Assembly (NCBI GenBank): GCA_964354975.1
Contig: CAYHBS010000004.1
Span: forward strand, 3,614 to 67,613
Source: an uncultured Candidatus Saccharibacteria bacterium
Lineage (GTDB): Bacteria; Patescibacteriota; Minisyncoccia; Ryanbacterales; HO2-45-13
Direction: 5' to 3'
DNA length: 64,000 nucleotides
Shown here in pieces: positions 1 to 10,299 of the stretch. The translations under genes were made by a program, and so were the position numbers. Each line of letters begins with the position of its first letter. Position 1 is the first letter of the stretch. Under the pieces are notes generated by a model. That model did no database searches, was not told the DNA's origin, and saw only the letters and a list, made by a program, of their open reading frames with translations.

Positions 1-1382
1 GCGATATCGCGCGTGCGCTGACCTGCAAGCACTTCATACCTCCGCTCCATTTCTGCCACTGCCCAGCGGAGCGCTTTAATGGCCCCCTTTGGGCGCGTCA
101 CCACGGGAGCGACCAGATGTGGAATATCGTGATAATGGGCAAGTTCCACGCGCTTTGGGTCAATCATTATGAAGCGCAGTTCTGCCGGAGAATTTTTAAA
201 AAGTAAACTTGTAATGATGTCATGAATTGCCACCGACTTACCGCTCCCCGTACTTCCCGCGATGAGTAGGTGTGGCATACGCGCAATATCTGCATACACC
301 GCGTCCCCCCGTACATCTTTACCGAGTGGAAATATCAGCTGTCCTCCTTCTTGAAATCGTTGATCTTCAATGAGCGGACGCAGACCAACGAATGCAATTG
401 CTTTGTTTGGAATTTCGAGCCCCACCAGCGACTTTCCTGGAATAGGAGCTTCCATGCGCAGTGGATGCGCAGCAAGCGCAAGCGCGAGGTCATTTTGCAA
501 CGCGGCGATACGCGCAATCTTCACACCCTGCGCTGGTTTGAGCGTATATTGAGTGACCGATGGACCAGTACTCACCTCGCCCATTTCCACTGGAATACCA
601 AATTCAGCAAGTGTCCGCTGAATAATATTTGCGTTCGCTTTAATATCACCGGATGTGGGCTTCCCTTTGTCTTTCTCGAGTAGCGAGAGTGGGGGTAATT
701 CATAATGATCGTCATTCATGCGCGGCCTGCGCACTTTCGCTGGACGTAGCGCTTCACGCGTCTCCGCCTCCTTCTCCTCTTCGTGTATTTCGGAAACCGC
801 GGGCACCGGCGTTCCTGCTGGCGTAGATAGCGTACTCGCGGGTTCTGCGACCTCCTCTTCGTTGTCCCCAAAAGATTCTCGCCAACGGGTGAGTGAAAAA
901 TCAAATGCGATCAGTACACCGGCGATCAAAATGACCGATAAGATAAGTCCCGTTGCCCACGCATCAAACAACATCTTCAGTGGATATGCGATGGCCCAAC
1001 CAACATATCCTGCGGTGTTATCCGCAAATCCAAGATCAATGAGTGCAAGTGCCGAGAGAAGAAACATCGTCCCTCCGATTGCTGTTGCGCTCACTACTTT
1101 TCTGCGGTGTGACGTCAGCAAATGCGCACCGAGTACGAGACATGCGATAGGTACGAGTAAATATGCTTTCCCAAATAATTGCGAGAGAAATGGATAGATG
1201 GTGCGGCCAAACGCTCCTGAAAGATCAAATTCTGCAAGCAAAAAGAGCACACCGAGCAGTATGAGTAAAATCGCGGAAATGCTATCTTTTGTTTCTTGCC
1301 GAAGTTCGGAAAACGCGGAACGGATGAAACCAGGACGCTCCTCTTTTGGTTCCTTTTTCTGGCGCTTCTGTTTAGTTTTCAC
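1..1382 (-). CDS. ftsK: DNA translocase FtsK/SpoIIIE (N-terminal part; runs off the left edge)
   Basis: Manual minus-strand translation from GTG at 1382 gives N-terminal TM segments, then PHLLIAGSTGSGKS (Walker A) and IDPKRVEL. TATAAT lies 7 nt upstream of the start. Confidence 0.93.
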   Translation of the reverse strand, partial: MKTKQKRQKKEPKEERPGFIRSAFSELRQETKDSISAILLILLGVLFLLAEFDLSGAFGRTIYPFLSQLFGKAYLLVPIACLVLGAHLLTSHRRKVVSATAIGGTMFLLSALALIDLGFADNTAGYVGWAIAYPLKMLFDAWATGLILSVILIAGVLIAFDFSLTRWRESFGDNEEEVAEPASTLSTPAGTPVPAVSEIHEEEKEAETREALRPAKVRRPRMNDDHYELPPLSLLEKDKGKPTSGDIKANANIIQRTLAEFGIPVEMGEVSTGPSVTQYTLKPAQGVKIARIAALQNDLALALAAHPLRMEAPIPGKSLVGLEIPNKAIAFVGLRPLIEDQRFQEGGQLIFPLGKDVRGDAVYADIARMPHLLIAGSTGSGKSVAIHDIITSLLFKNSPAELRFIMIDPKRVELAHYHDIPHLVAPVVTRPKGAIKALRWAVAEMERRYEVLAGQRTRDI

Positions 1383-1419
1383 TACCGTATTATACGGGAG
1401 AATACACCCTCCTCCAATG

Positions 1420-1456
1420 GAAAACCCCTGTCCCACACTGTGGGACAGGGGTTTTC
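1420..1456 (-). terminator. Intrinsic terminator after rpoC
   Basis: Inverted repeat GAAAACCCCTGTCCCACA-C-TGTGGGACAGGGGTTTTC just past the rpoC stop. Confidence 0.8.
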
Positions 1457-1481
1457 GCTGGCACGGTGCTTGTGCCCGAGC

Positions 1482-4400
1482 TTATGCCGCTTCTTCAGCT
1501 TCTTCTGCGGCACGACGCTCCTGATGGGAGGCAAATCCTGTTCCTGCAGGAATGAGACGCCCAATAATAACGTTTTCTTTGAGACCCACCAACTTATCCT
1601 CGCGGCTCTCAAGTGCGGCGCGAATAAGCACCTTGGAGGTTTCCTGGAACGATGCGGCGGACAGAAAACTTGGCGTCGTGATTGCTACTTTCGTGATTCC
1701 GGAGAGCATTTCTACTGCCTCCGCTGACACTTTCCCCTCTTTGATAAATTGCCTATTCTCTGTCGCAAGTGAAAGTTTATCCACGATTTCACCTTCTGCA
1801 AACGAGGAGTCGTTTGGCTTGATGATTTTGACACGCGAAAACATCTGACGAATCATCACTTCTACGTGTTTCTGACTGATTGACGCTCCTTGGAGCGCAT
1901 ACATCTTCACAATTTCGGTGAGAATATAATTCACCGCTTTTGTCTTCCCTGCAACCTCAAACAGTTGTTTAAGATCGATTGGTCCTTCGCAGAGCAAATC
2001 TCCTGCGGCAACCGTATCGCCTTTCTTCACCGTTACGGTGCGTCCGAATGGAATATGAAATTCCTCAACCTCCCCTTTTGATTTCTTTCCACCTCCTTTG
2101 GGAAGAATGTGAATGGTTTTTTCTTTGTCGTCTTCAACAATATCGAGCACTTCTCCATCTATTTCAGAAATCACTGCGACTCCCTTCGGCATGCGCGCCT
2201 CAAATACTTCTTCCACGCGAGGAAGTCCCAGGGTAATATCCGACCCTCCCGCACCCACGGCGCCTCCGGAGTGGAAGGTGCGCATGGTCAGCTGTGTTCC
2301 CGGTTCTCCGATTGCCTGCGCGGCAACAATGCCCACTGCTGCGCCCATCTCCACAGGACGATTATGTCCGAGATCATATCCGTAACAGGTCTGACAAATA
2401 CCCCTGCGCGCCCCGCAGTACACGGGCGAGCGCAACACCACTGCTTTAATCCCCGCTTCGTCGAGCGCGGCGGCCTCTTCGTGTGAAAGGAGATGCCCTT
2501 TCTTGAACGCCACACTTCCATCCTCACTCTTTACGCCCTCTGCAAGGATACGCCCCACGAGGCGCTTTCTCATTGAAACTCCTTCTTGTTCAAGATCACT
2601 TCGACGCACCGTGAGTCCCTCGGTAACACCACAATCCTCTTCGGTAACGACAACATCATGCGCAACGTCCACGAGACGTCGAGTAAGATATCCTGCGACT
2701 GCGGTTTTCAGTGCGGTGTCTGCGGTTCCTTTCCGAGCACCGTGGGTAGAGATGAAATACTCAAACACTGAAAGTCCTTCTTTGTAGCTCGAAATAATGG
2801 GAAGTTCGATAATGCGGCCCGATGGGTTGCGCATGAGTCCTTTGATTCCCGCCATCTGCGTAATAGAGCCCCATGAACCACGCGCACCAGATGTGACGAG
2901 CTGATATACTGATCCTGTTTTATTGAGACTCATCGGCACCGCGTCAGTCACTTCCTTTGTAACGGCGCTCCATACTTCGATCACTTTTGTATATCGTTCG
3001 TCGTCGGTGAGAAGTCCGTTGTCATACTGATCCTGAATTTCTGACACCTTCTTGAGCCCCCTATCAATCATGTCGCTCTTTGCGGGAGGTACCACCAGAT
3101 CATCCATTCCCCAGCTCACACCTGATTTCGTCGCGTACTGGTATCCAATGTCTTTCACTTTATCAAGAATGCCCGGAATTGGATCTGGTCCGTACGTGCG
3201 GAACAACGTGTCCATGAGTGCGCCGAGTTTCTTTTTATCGAGTACTTCATTCACAAATGGAAAGTCATTCGGAAGAGCGGCGTTGAAATAGATACGTCCC
3301 ACCGATGTTTCGAGCGTCTCTACTTTGTCGCCGGAGCGTGTAAGAATTTTTACCGGGGCACGAAGATCTAAATCTCCGAGGTCATATGAGAGCACGGTTT
3401 CATTCTTTGAAGAAAATATTTTACCGACGCCCTTCCCATCCTCTTTCAGGGAGGTGAGCCAATAGATACCAAGCACGATATCCAGTGTTGGAGCAGAAAT
3501 ACTCTCTCCCGTAGATGGCTTGAGTAAATTCTTGGAGCTCGCCATAATTTCGCGCGCTTCTTTCTGCGCTTCTTCGGTGAGTGGTACGTGTACCGCCATT
3601 TGGTCTCCATCGAAGTCTGCGTTGAACGCGGAACAGACCATGGGATGGAGCTGAATAGCGTTCCCTTCAATGAGAAGGGGTTGGAATGCCTGAATACCAA
3701 GGCGGTGCAGTGTTGGCGCGCGGTTCAGCAGCACATACTTCCCTTTAATAACCTCTTCAAGAATCGCCCACACTTCTGGAGTGGCGTCATCAATCAGTTT
3801 TCCCGAACCACGAATATTATGTGCGTACTCGCGCTCAATAATTTTCTGAATAACAAATGGACGGAAGAGCTCGAGCGCCATGTGCTTTGGAAGTCCACAC
3901 TGGTGCATCTTGAGTGTTGGCCCCACCACAATCACCGAGCGACCAGAATAGTCCACGCGCTTTCCAAGTAAGTTCTGACGGAATCGTCCTTGTTTTCCTT
4001 TGAGCATGTCTGCGAGTGATCGCAGCGGCCGGCGTTGTGCCTGTGAACTCACAGGTGAAGTACTGCGGCGCATAGAGTTGTCGATAAGCGCGTCCACCGC
4101 TTCCTGAAGCATACGTTTTTCGTTTCGCGTAATAACTTCTGGGGCGTGAAGTTCGTAGAGTCGCTTGAGTCGGTTGTTACGATTGATGACGCGGCGATAT
4201 AAATCGTTTACATCAGATGATGCGTGGCGTCCTCCATCGAGCGGCACCATAGGGCGGAGATCCGGAGGAATCACGGGGAGCACCGAAAGGAACATCCAAT
4301 CGGGTCGGATATTTGATTTTGCAAGCGACTTTGCAAGACGAAGACGCGTGACGAGTTTCTTGCGATTCGCGGGAGATGCTAGAGCGGCCTCGCCTTCAAG

Positions 4401-5093
4401 CTTCAAAATCATCGATGGGAAATCAAACGCCTCCACAATACGCTTGAGTGCCTCCGCTCCGGTTTCTGCTTTAAATACGGTGCCGTATTTAATAGAGAGA
4501 CGGTGATATTCCACTTCAGAAAGCACGGTATGCATCGTAAGATTCTTGAGTTCTGATTTTGCGCGCTCTGCAGCGGTGCGTAATGTCGCCTTGTCGGTAA
4601 CAGTTTTTTGCTTAGATTTATATTCCTGCTCAATGGACTTGAGCGCTTCTTTACGCGCTCCTTCATCTACCGATGTAATGATGTACCCCGCAAAATAAAT
4701 CACGCGCTCCAAATCTACAATCGAGAGGTCGAGTAGTGTGCCGAGTCGAGACGGAACGGAACGGACAAACCAAATATGCGCCACAGGTGCTGCAAGCTCA
4801 ATGTGTCCCATGCGCTCACGGCGAACAAGTGAGCGCGTTACCTCGACGCCACACTTATCACACGTGATTCCCTTATACCGTACGCGGCGATACTTTCCAC
4901 AGTAACATTCAAAGTCCTTTGTGGGACCAAAAATTTTCTCACAAAAAAGCCCATCACGCTCCGGGCGTTGCGTGCGGTAGTTAATGGTTTCTGGCTTCAT
5001 GACTTCACCATGCGACCAACTGCGAATAACCTGCGGGGATGCAAGCCGCAGCACAAGAGATTTCAGATCGTTCACTTTTCTATCCATGCTCAT
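1482..5093 (-). CDS. rpoC: RNA polymerase beta' subunit
   Basis: NADFDGD catalytic motif, CYCGKY Zn ribbon, GEPGTQLTMRTFH. Confidence 0.99.
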   Translation of the reverse strand: MSMDRKVNDLKSLVLRLASPQVIRSWSHGEVMKPETINYRTQRPERDGLFCEKIFGPTKDFECYCGKYRRVRYKGITCDKCGVEVTRSLVRRERMGHIELAAPVAHIWFVRSVPSRLGTLLDLSIVDLERVIYFAGYIITSVDEGARKEALKSIEQEYKSKQKTVTDKATLRTAAERAKSELKNLTMHTVLSEVEYHRLSIKYGTVFKAETGAEALKRIVEAFDFPSMILKLEGEAALASPANRKKLVTRLRLAKSLAKSNIRPDWMFLSVLPVIPPDLRPMVPLDGGRHASSDVNDLYRRVINRNNRLKRLYELHAPEVITRNEKRMLQEAVDALIDNSMRRSTSPVSSQAQRRPLRSLADMLKGKQGRFRQNLLGKRVDYSGRSVIVVGPTLKMHQCGLPKHMALELFRPFVIQKIIEREYAHNIRGSGKLIDDATPEVWAILEEVIKGKYVLLNRAPTLHRLGIQAFQPLLIEGNAIQLHPMVCSAFNADFDGDQMAVHVPLTEEAQKEAREIMASSKNLLKPSTGESISAPTLDIVLGIYWLTSLKEDGKGVGKIFSSKNETVLSYDLGDLDLRAPVKILTRSGDKVETLETSVGRIYFNAALPNDFPFVNEVLDKKKLGALMDTLFRTYGPDPIPGILDKVKDIGYQYATKSGVSWGMDDLVVPPAKSDMIDRGLKKVSEIQDQYDNGLLTDDERYTKVIEVWSAVTKEVTDAVPMSLNKTGSVYQLVTSGARGSWGSITQMAGIKGLMRNPSGRIIELPIISSYKEGLSVFEYFISTHGARKGTADTALKTAVAGYLTRRLVDVAHDVVVTEEDCGVTEGLTVRRSDLEQEGVSMRKRLVGRILAEGVKSEDGSVAFKKGHLLSHEEAAALDEAGIKAVVLRSPVYCGARRGICQTCYGYDLGHNRPVEMGAAVGIVAAQAIGEPGTQLTMRTFHSGGAVGAGGSDITLGLPRVEEVFEARMPKGVAVISEIDGEVLDIVEDDKEKTIHILPKGGGKKSKGEVEEFHIPFGRTVTVKKGDTVAAGDLLCEGPIDLKQLFEVAGKTKAVNYILTEIVKMYALQGASISQKHVEVMIRQMFSRVKIIKPNDSSFAEGEIVDKLSLATENRQFIKEGKVSAEAVEMLSGITKVAITTPSFLSAASFQETSKVLIRAALESREDKLVGLKENVIIGRLIPAGTGFASHQERRAAEEAEEAA

Positions 5094-5098
5094 AGTGA

Positions 5099-8000
5099 TT
5101 ATTCGTTATCGAAGTTTAGCTCGACTTTTTCTCTCCGCGCGCCATACATAGGTCGTTCGCGCTCTTCCTCTTCTTCGGGTTCACTTTCGCGATAATTAAT
5201 CACAACGTCCAGCGCAAGACCCTTCAGTTCATGCACGAGCACATGGAATGACGTTGGAACATGCGGACTCTTTTTTTGTTCTCCCCGCACGATCGAGTCA
5301 TAGATGGCTGCGCGTCCGGTCACATCGTCCGATTTGATGGTAATCATTTCCTGGAGCATATATGCCGCTCCGTATCCTTCGAGGGCCCACACTTCCATTT
5401 CTCCAAAACGCTGTCCCCCTCCCTGCGCCTTTCCTCCGAGCGGCTGCTGGGTAATGAGTGAATAAGAACCAATCGAACGCATGTGGATTTTGTCTTCCAC
5501 CATGTGATGGAGTTTGAGCATGTAGATGTATCCGACCATCACATCCTGATCGAATTGCTCACCGGACCTCCCGTCGAACAGACTTACTTTTCCGGAACGC
5601 GGAAATCCTGCTTTTTCAAGCTCATCTTTAATTTCATTTTCTGTGGGACCAGCGAGCGATGGGCATACCGCGCGGTATCCAAGCGTGTGAGCCGCAAGTC
5701 CGAGGTGTGTTTCCAAAATTTGCCCGATGTTCATACGAGACGCAACGCCGAGCGGATTTAAAATAATATCCACCGGAGTACCGTCTTCAAGATGCGGCAT
5801 ATCCTCTTCAGGAAGCACTTTCGAGATCACCCCTTTATTACCGTGGCGTCCCGCAAGCTTATCTCCCACCTGAATGCGACGTAACTGCGCCACTTCCACA
5901 TGAATACGCTTAATAACACCAGATTCCAGTCGGTCACCATTTTCGCGTGAGAAAAGTTTCACCCCAATGACGCGTCCTCCCTTTCCGTTTGGTACACGCA
6001 GTGATGTGTCTTTCACATCGCGTGCTTTGTCTCCGAAAATTGCGTGCAGGAGCCGCTCTTCTGGTGTAAGATCGATTTCTCCCTTCGGAGAAATTTTTCC
6101 AACTAAAATGTCCCCGGGTCGCACTTCAGCGCCAATCCGTACTACGCCTTCCGAGTCTAAATCCTTTAATTTTTCTTCTCCGACGTTCGGGATATCTGGA
6201 GTCGTAATTTCATCTCCCAGTTTTGTCTCGCGCACGTCCATCGTGAACTCTTCGATGTAGACGGACGTAAAACGATCATCCTTCAATACACGCTCTGAAA
6301 GAATGATGGCATCTTCATAGTTTGCGCCTCCCCATGAAAGAAACGCGACGAGTAGGTTTTGACCAAGCGCGAGGTCTCCATCACGCGTGGATGAATTATC
6401 GGCGAGGAGCTGCCCTTTTGCCACTTTATCGCCTTTCTGTACGCGTGGTGTATGATGAAATGTGCTCGATGTGTTTGAACGCAGAAACGATGAGAGCGGA
6501 TACACGTGCTTTTTGCTTCCCGTTTGTACCACCACTTTCGACGCATCAATTTCAATAATTTTTCCGTCTTCCTCTGCGAGCACCACCTGACCGGAATCTT
6601 CTGCGGCACGCGTTTCCATTCCGGTTCCTACGAGCGGTGGATCTGCTTTCACACAGGGCACCGCTTGGCGCTGCATGTTCGAACCCATGAGCGCGCGATT
6701 TGCGTCATCATGCGCGAGAAACGGAATGAGACCGGTTGCAATACTGAAAATTTGTTCTGGTGCGACATCAATGTATTCAATTTCGCTGCGATCAAAAATG
6801 CCGAAGCGTCCCGCGGTACGCGCTTCTACGCGCTCATCGGAAAGCTTTCCTTTGGCGTCATACGCAACGCCAGCATGCGCAATCACATGCTCTGCCTCTT
6901 CAAACGCAGTCATGAGCTTGATCTCCTGTTTAATCACACCCTTCTCCACCTTGCGATACGGCGTTTCAATAAGACCGAGTGAATTGATCGAAGCATAAAT
7001 TGCGAGGTGTCCCACCAGACCAATGTTTGGTCCTTCCGGAGTTTCAATGGGGCATATTCGTCCGTAGTGCGAGGTGTGCACGTCGCGCACTTCAAACCCC
7101 GCGCGCTCCCTGGTAAGACCGCCCGGACCAAGCGCAGAAAGCCGACGTTTGTGCTCAAGCTCTGAAAGCACGTTCGTCTGATCCATAAACTGCGAGAGTT
7201 GGTTCGTGAGGAAAAAGTCCTTGAGCACCGTCATGAACGGACGAGAGTTCACAATTTGGAGAGGAGTGACGGTTTCTGGCTCCAAAATAGACATCCGATC
7301 TCTAATATGGCGTTCCATGCGCGCGAGTCCCACCCGGAGACGATTCTGGAGCATTTCGCCCATACCGCGAATACGGCGGTGCCCTAAGTGGTCAATATCG
7401 TCTGGAGTTTCCGTTGGTGAATTATTTTTGCGAATGATTTCGCTCACCGTATTCACTAAATCGGAAAGCGTGAGGGTACGATCAGTAATGTCTTTCTTTT
7501 GAAGCTTTTGGAAGCGTACATTTAATTTGTGTCTTCCCACCGGAGAGATATCATAGCGGGCAGCAGAAAACATACCATCAATGAGTTGACGGGCGTTATC
7601 GGCAGTTGCGAGGTCTCCCGGACGAATGCGCTTATAAATTTCGATATACGATTCGTCAACGTTCTTTGCAGTGTCCTTTTTGAGGGTATTTTCGATGTGC
7701 GGAAGCTCGCCGTTGTCCACTACCGAAAATGCTTTTTTAATTTCTTCATCGGTCTTGAGTCCAAAGACGCGAAGGAGCGAGGTGACGGGAATTTTACGCT
7801 TCCGGTCCACCTTGACCCATACACTTCCGTCCACATCAGATTCCAATTCGAGCCACACTCCGCGCCCCGGAATGATCTTGGCTCCAAAGCGGCGCTTCCC
7901 GCGCACAATCTGCTGCGTGAAATATACACCAAATGACCGCACCACTTGCGAAACAATGACGCGCTCAACGCCGTTAATAATAAAGGTGCCGCGCTTCGTC

Positions 8001-8371
8001 ATCAGCGGAAAGTCTGCAAAAAAGATTTCTTGCGTTTTTACTTCACCCGTGCGCTTATTTGTGAGCTCCATGCGTACTCTTAGCGGAGCTTCATACGAAC
8101 GATTATTGGTACGCGCCTGGGTTTCATCCATTGGCGGTGCGTCGATCGTGTAGTCGACAAATGAGAGAGAAAATTCTTTTCCGGAAACGTCTTCTATTGG
8201 GCTAAACTCCGTAAATAATTCTTTCAGTCCCTGGTCAAGAAACCATTGATACGCCTCGAGCTGCACTTTGGCGAGGTACGGGAGCGGGGCAAGCGGTTCC
8301 CGATACTTCGAGAAATACTTCTTTGGAAGCATAGATGTTTGGGGCGCAACAGTACCATCCGGAGGACTCAC
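5099..8371 (-). CDS. rpoB: RNA polymerase beta subunit
   Basis: GDKLAGRHGNKGV, ETPEGPNIG, GGQRFGEMEVWALE; true start may be a few codons downstream. Confidence 0.99.
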   Translation of the reverse strand: MSPPDGTVAPQTSMLPKKYFSKYREPLAPLPYLAKVQLEAYQWFLDQGLKELFTEFSPIEDVSGKEFSLSFVDYTIDAPPMDETQARTNNRSYEAPLRVRMELTNKRTGEVKTQEIFFADFPLMTKRGTFIINGVERVIVSQVVRSFGVYFTQQIVRGKRRFGAKIIPGRGVWLELESDVDGSVWVKVDRKRKIPVTSLLRVFGLKTDEEIKKAFSVVDNGELPHIENTLKKDTAKNVDESYIEIYKRIRPGDLATADNARQLIDGMFSAARYDISPVGRHKLNVRFQKLQKKDITDRTLTLSDLVNTVSEIIRKNNSPTETPDDIDHLGHRRIRGMGEMLQNRLRVGLARMERHIRDRMSILEPETVTPLQIVNSRPFMTVLKDFFLTNQLSQFMDQTNVLSELEHKRRLSALGPGGLTRERAGFEVRDVHTSHYGRICPIETPEGPNIGLVGHLAIYASINSLGLIETPYRKVEKGVIKQEIKLMTAFEEAEHVIAHAGVAYDAKGKLSDERVEARTAGRFGIFDRSEIEYIDVAPEQIFSIATGLIPFLAHDDANRALMGSNMQRQAVPCVKADPPLVGTGMETRAAEDSGQVVLAEEDGKIIEIDASKVVVQTGSKKHVYPLSSFLRSNTSSTFHHTPRVQKGDKVAKGQLLADNSSTRDGDLALGQNLLVAFLSWGGANYEDAIILSERVLKDDRFTSVYIEEFTMDVRETKLGDEITTPDIPNVGEEKLKDLDSEGVVRIGAEVRPGDILVGKISPKGEIDLTPEERLLHAIFGDKARDVKDTSLRVPNGKGGRVIGVKLFSRENGDRLESGVIKRIHVEVAQLRRIQVGDKLAGRHGNKGVISKVLPEEDMPHLEDGTPVDIILNPLGVASRMNIGQILETHLGLAAHTLGYRAVCPSLAGPTENEIKDELEKAGFPRSGKVSLFDGRSGEQFDQDVMVGYIYMLKLHHMVEDKIHMRSIGSYSLITQQPLGGKAQGGGQRFGEMEVWALEGYGAAYMLQEMITIKSDDVTGRAAIYDSIVRGEQKKSPHVPTSFHVLVHELKGLALDVVINYRESEPEEEEERERPMYGARREKVELNFDNE

Positions 8372-8552
8372 CGGAAGGTCATGACGCCCAAAAAAGTATT
8401 ATGCGCACGTAATAATGGAAAACGAAACGTTTGGTTCAGTACACATGGTTGCCTGATACACCGATAAGCATATGAAAATAAAAGAGCCCCAAAGAGTCAC
8501 CCGGGTTATGCACTAGGTTAAGTTGACGTTATACGGCAAACACGCTACTTGC

Positions 8553-8580
8553 ATTCTACCTATAATATCCTCCGTGTCAA
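8553..8580 (-). promoter_or_regulatory. Sigma70-type promoter for rpoBC
   Basis: Minus strand TTGACA-16 nt-TAGAAT about 180 nt upstream of rpoB. Confidence 0.6.
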
Positions 8581-8718
8581 GTTACGTGCCCCCGGATGTG
8601 GATAACATGTGGGGTGCCGGTGGATTACGCCCGGAGCGCTTTTCCCTGCTTCCAAGTCATCCAGGTAACGAGGAGTGGGCCCTCACCTACGAATACCTTA
8701 GCTTAGAGACACTACTTT

Positions 8719-9330
8719 TTATTTTATCAGTATGGAAATCTCCCTTTTTCTATCTGTTGTCGTTACGTACTCTAACTTTTTTGAATGTGTAAAGCCTATT
8801 TCTCGAAAAACCATCTCCCATTCATCAAAATAAAAAAACGAAGGGCTATAACCTGAAAAGGCATTGTATGGTGCCCCGATGGCTGGATTGTCCAAAATAA
8901 CTATGCCGCCATCATTCAATAACTTATATGCCTTCTCTAAAACTTTTTTTTGCTGATTTTTATCAAAGTCACATATCACTGACCAAGGAAAAAGAACGGC
9001 ATCGAAATCTTTCCCTTCATAATCCATAAATGAGCACAGAAACAATATTTCTGATGGATGAAAACCTTTCTCTAAAAGATACTTTGAAAACTCGTCGAGA
9101 TATACCTGCTGAACATCGATACCAATATATTCATGTCCCTCAATAAAAAACCTTCCCAGCCTCCCCGTGCCACACCCAACTTCTAATACTTTATTTTTCC
9201 CCAACAATAATTTACTAAAGTACTGAAAATCAATCGGGGTATTTCCTCCAAGACCAGCTAATCTCGCATACTCACTCAAAATTTCTGGAGAAATCGTATT
9301 ATAAAACTTTTTTACTACCTCAAGGTCCAT
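8719..9330 (-). CDS. Class I SAM-dependent methyltransferase
   Basis: VLEVGCGTG motif I, IGID, FDAV, LLNDGG; visibly AT-rich relative to its flanks. Confidence 0.85.
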   Translation of the reverse strand: MDLEVVKKFYNTISPEILSEYARLAGLGGNTPIDFQYFSKLLLGKNKVLEVGCGTGRLGRFFIEGHEYIGIDVQQVYLDEFSKYLLEKGFHPSEILFLCSFMDYEGKDFDAVLFPWSVICDFDKNQQKKVLEKAYKLLNDGGIVILDNPAIGAPYNAFSGYSPSFFYFDEWEMVFREIGFTHSKKLEYVTTTDRKREISILIK

Positions 9331-9392
9331 GTCAAAATTATTGGATTAAATCTGAAAAACTACTATACCGATACGCCTTTCATTAATGTACA

Positions 9393-10295
9393 TTACGAAC
9401 TCCGCCTCTGCTTCCAAGTCATCCATGTTACCAGCAGAGGAGACGCTACAAAGATCGAGGAGTAGGTACCGAATGAGATACCGAGAATCAGTGCGAGTGA
9501 GAAGTATTTGACCGTTGATCCCCCAAAGAAAAACACTGCAACAAGTACCAGCACCGTTGTGAGTGAGGTATTGATTGAACGCGCAATCGTTTCTTTAATG
9601 CTCCGTTCAACCACTGCGTCAAACGCAAGTGAAGGGTAGCGAAGCAGATTTTCTCTTACGCGATCGAAGACAACGATAGTGTCGTGAATTGAAAATCCAA
9701 GTACGGTCAATAGCGCCGAGACAAATAGCACATCAATCTCGACTCCGTAAAAATGTCCGAGCACTGCAAATACTCCTGTGGGAATGAGAATATCATGGGC
9801 AAGTGCAATGATCGCCGCGCCCGCGTACACCCATGATGAAATTTTGTACGACACTTTTCGAAATGCAAAAGCGATGTAACAAAGAATGGCAATCACGGCG
9901 ATCGCAATAGCAGTTAGTGATTTTTGTTTGAGCTCACGTCCAATAGTGGGGCCAATAGTATCAAAACGCAGCTCCTTCACGTTCCCTTCCCCCGAAGCAG
10001 CAACAATACTTGAAAGAAGCGCCTGGTGCTCGGCCTCGGTGAGTGTACGCGTACGGATGAGAAATCCAGCGTCCCCCGTTGGCTGAACCGTTGCGCCGGC
10101 AATCCCTTTTGCGGTAGTGGCCGATTCAATGACCTGCCGGTCTGGACGAGTCATACTGTATTCAATTTCTAGAATTGATCCTCCGGTGTAGTCAATTCCG
10201 AGCTTCAGGCCGTACTGCACAATTGCCCCGAGACTCACGATCATGAGTATGGCCGCTGCCGCGAAGTAGATATTTCGATTTTTGACAATTTCCAT
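9393..10295 (-). CDS. secF: Protein translocase subunit SecF
   Basis: LGIDYTGG, GFSIHDTIVVFDRVRE, TIARSINTSLTT; start taken at MEIVK. Confidence 0.97.
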   Translation of the reverse strand: MEIVKNRNIYFAAAAILMIVSLGAIVQYGLKLGIDYTGGSILEIEYSMTRPDRQVIESATTAKGIAGATVQPTGDAGFLIRTRTLTEAEHQALLSSIVAASGEGNVKELRFDTIGPTIGRELKQKSLTAIAIAVIAILCYIAFAFRKVSYKISSWVYAGAAIIALAHDILIPTGVFAVLGHFYGVEIDVLFVSALLTVLGFSIHDTIVVFDRVRENLLRYPSLAFDAVVERSIKETIARSINTSLTTVLVLVAVFFFGGSTVKYFSLALILGISFGTYSSIFVASPLLVTWMTWKQRRSS

Positions 10296-10299
10296 AAAG

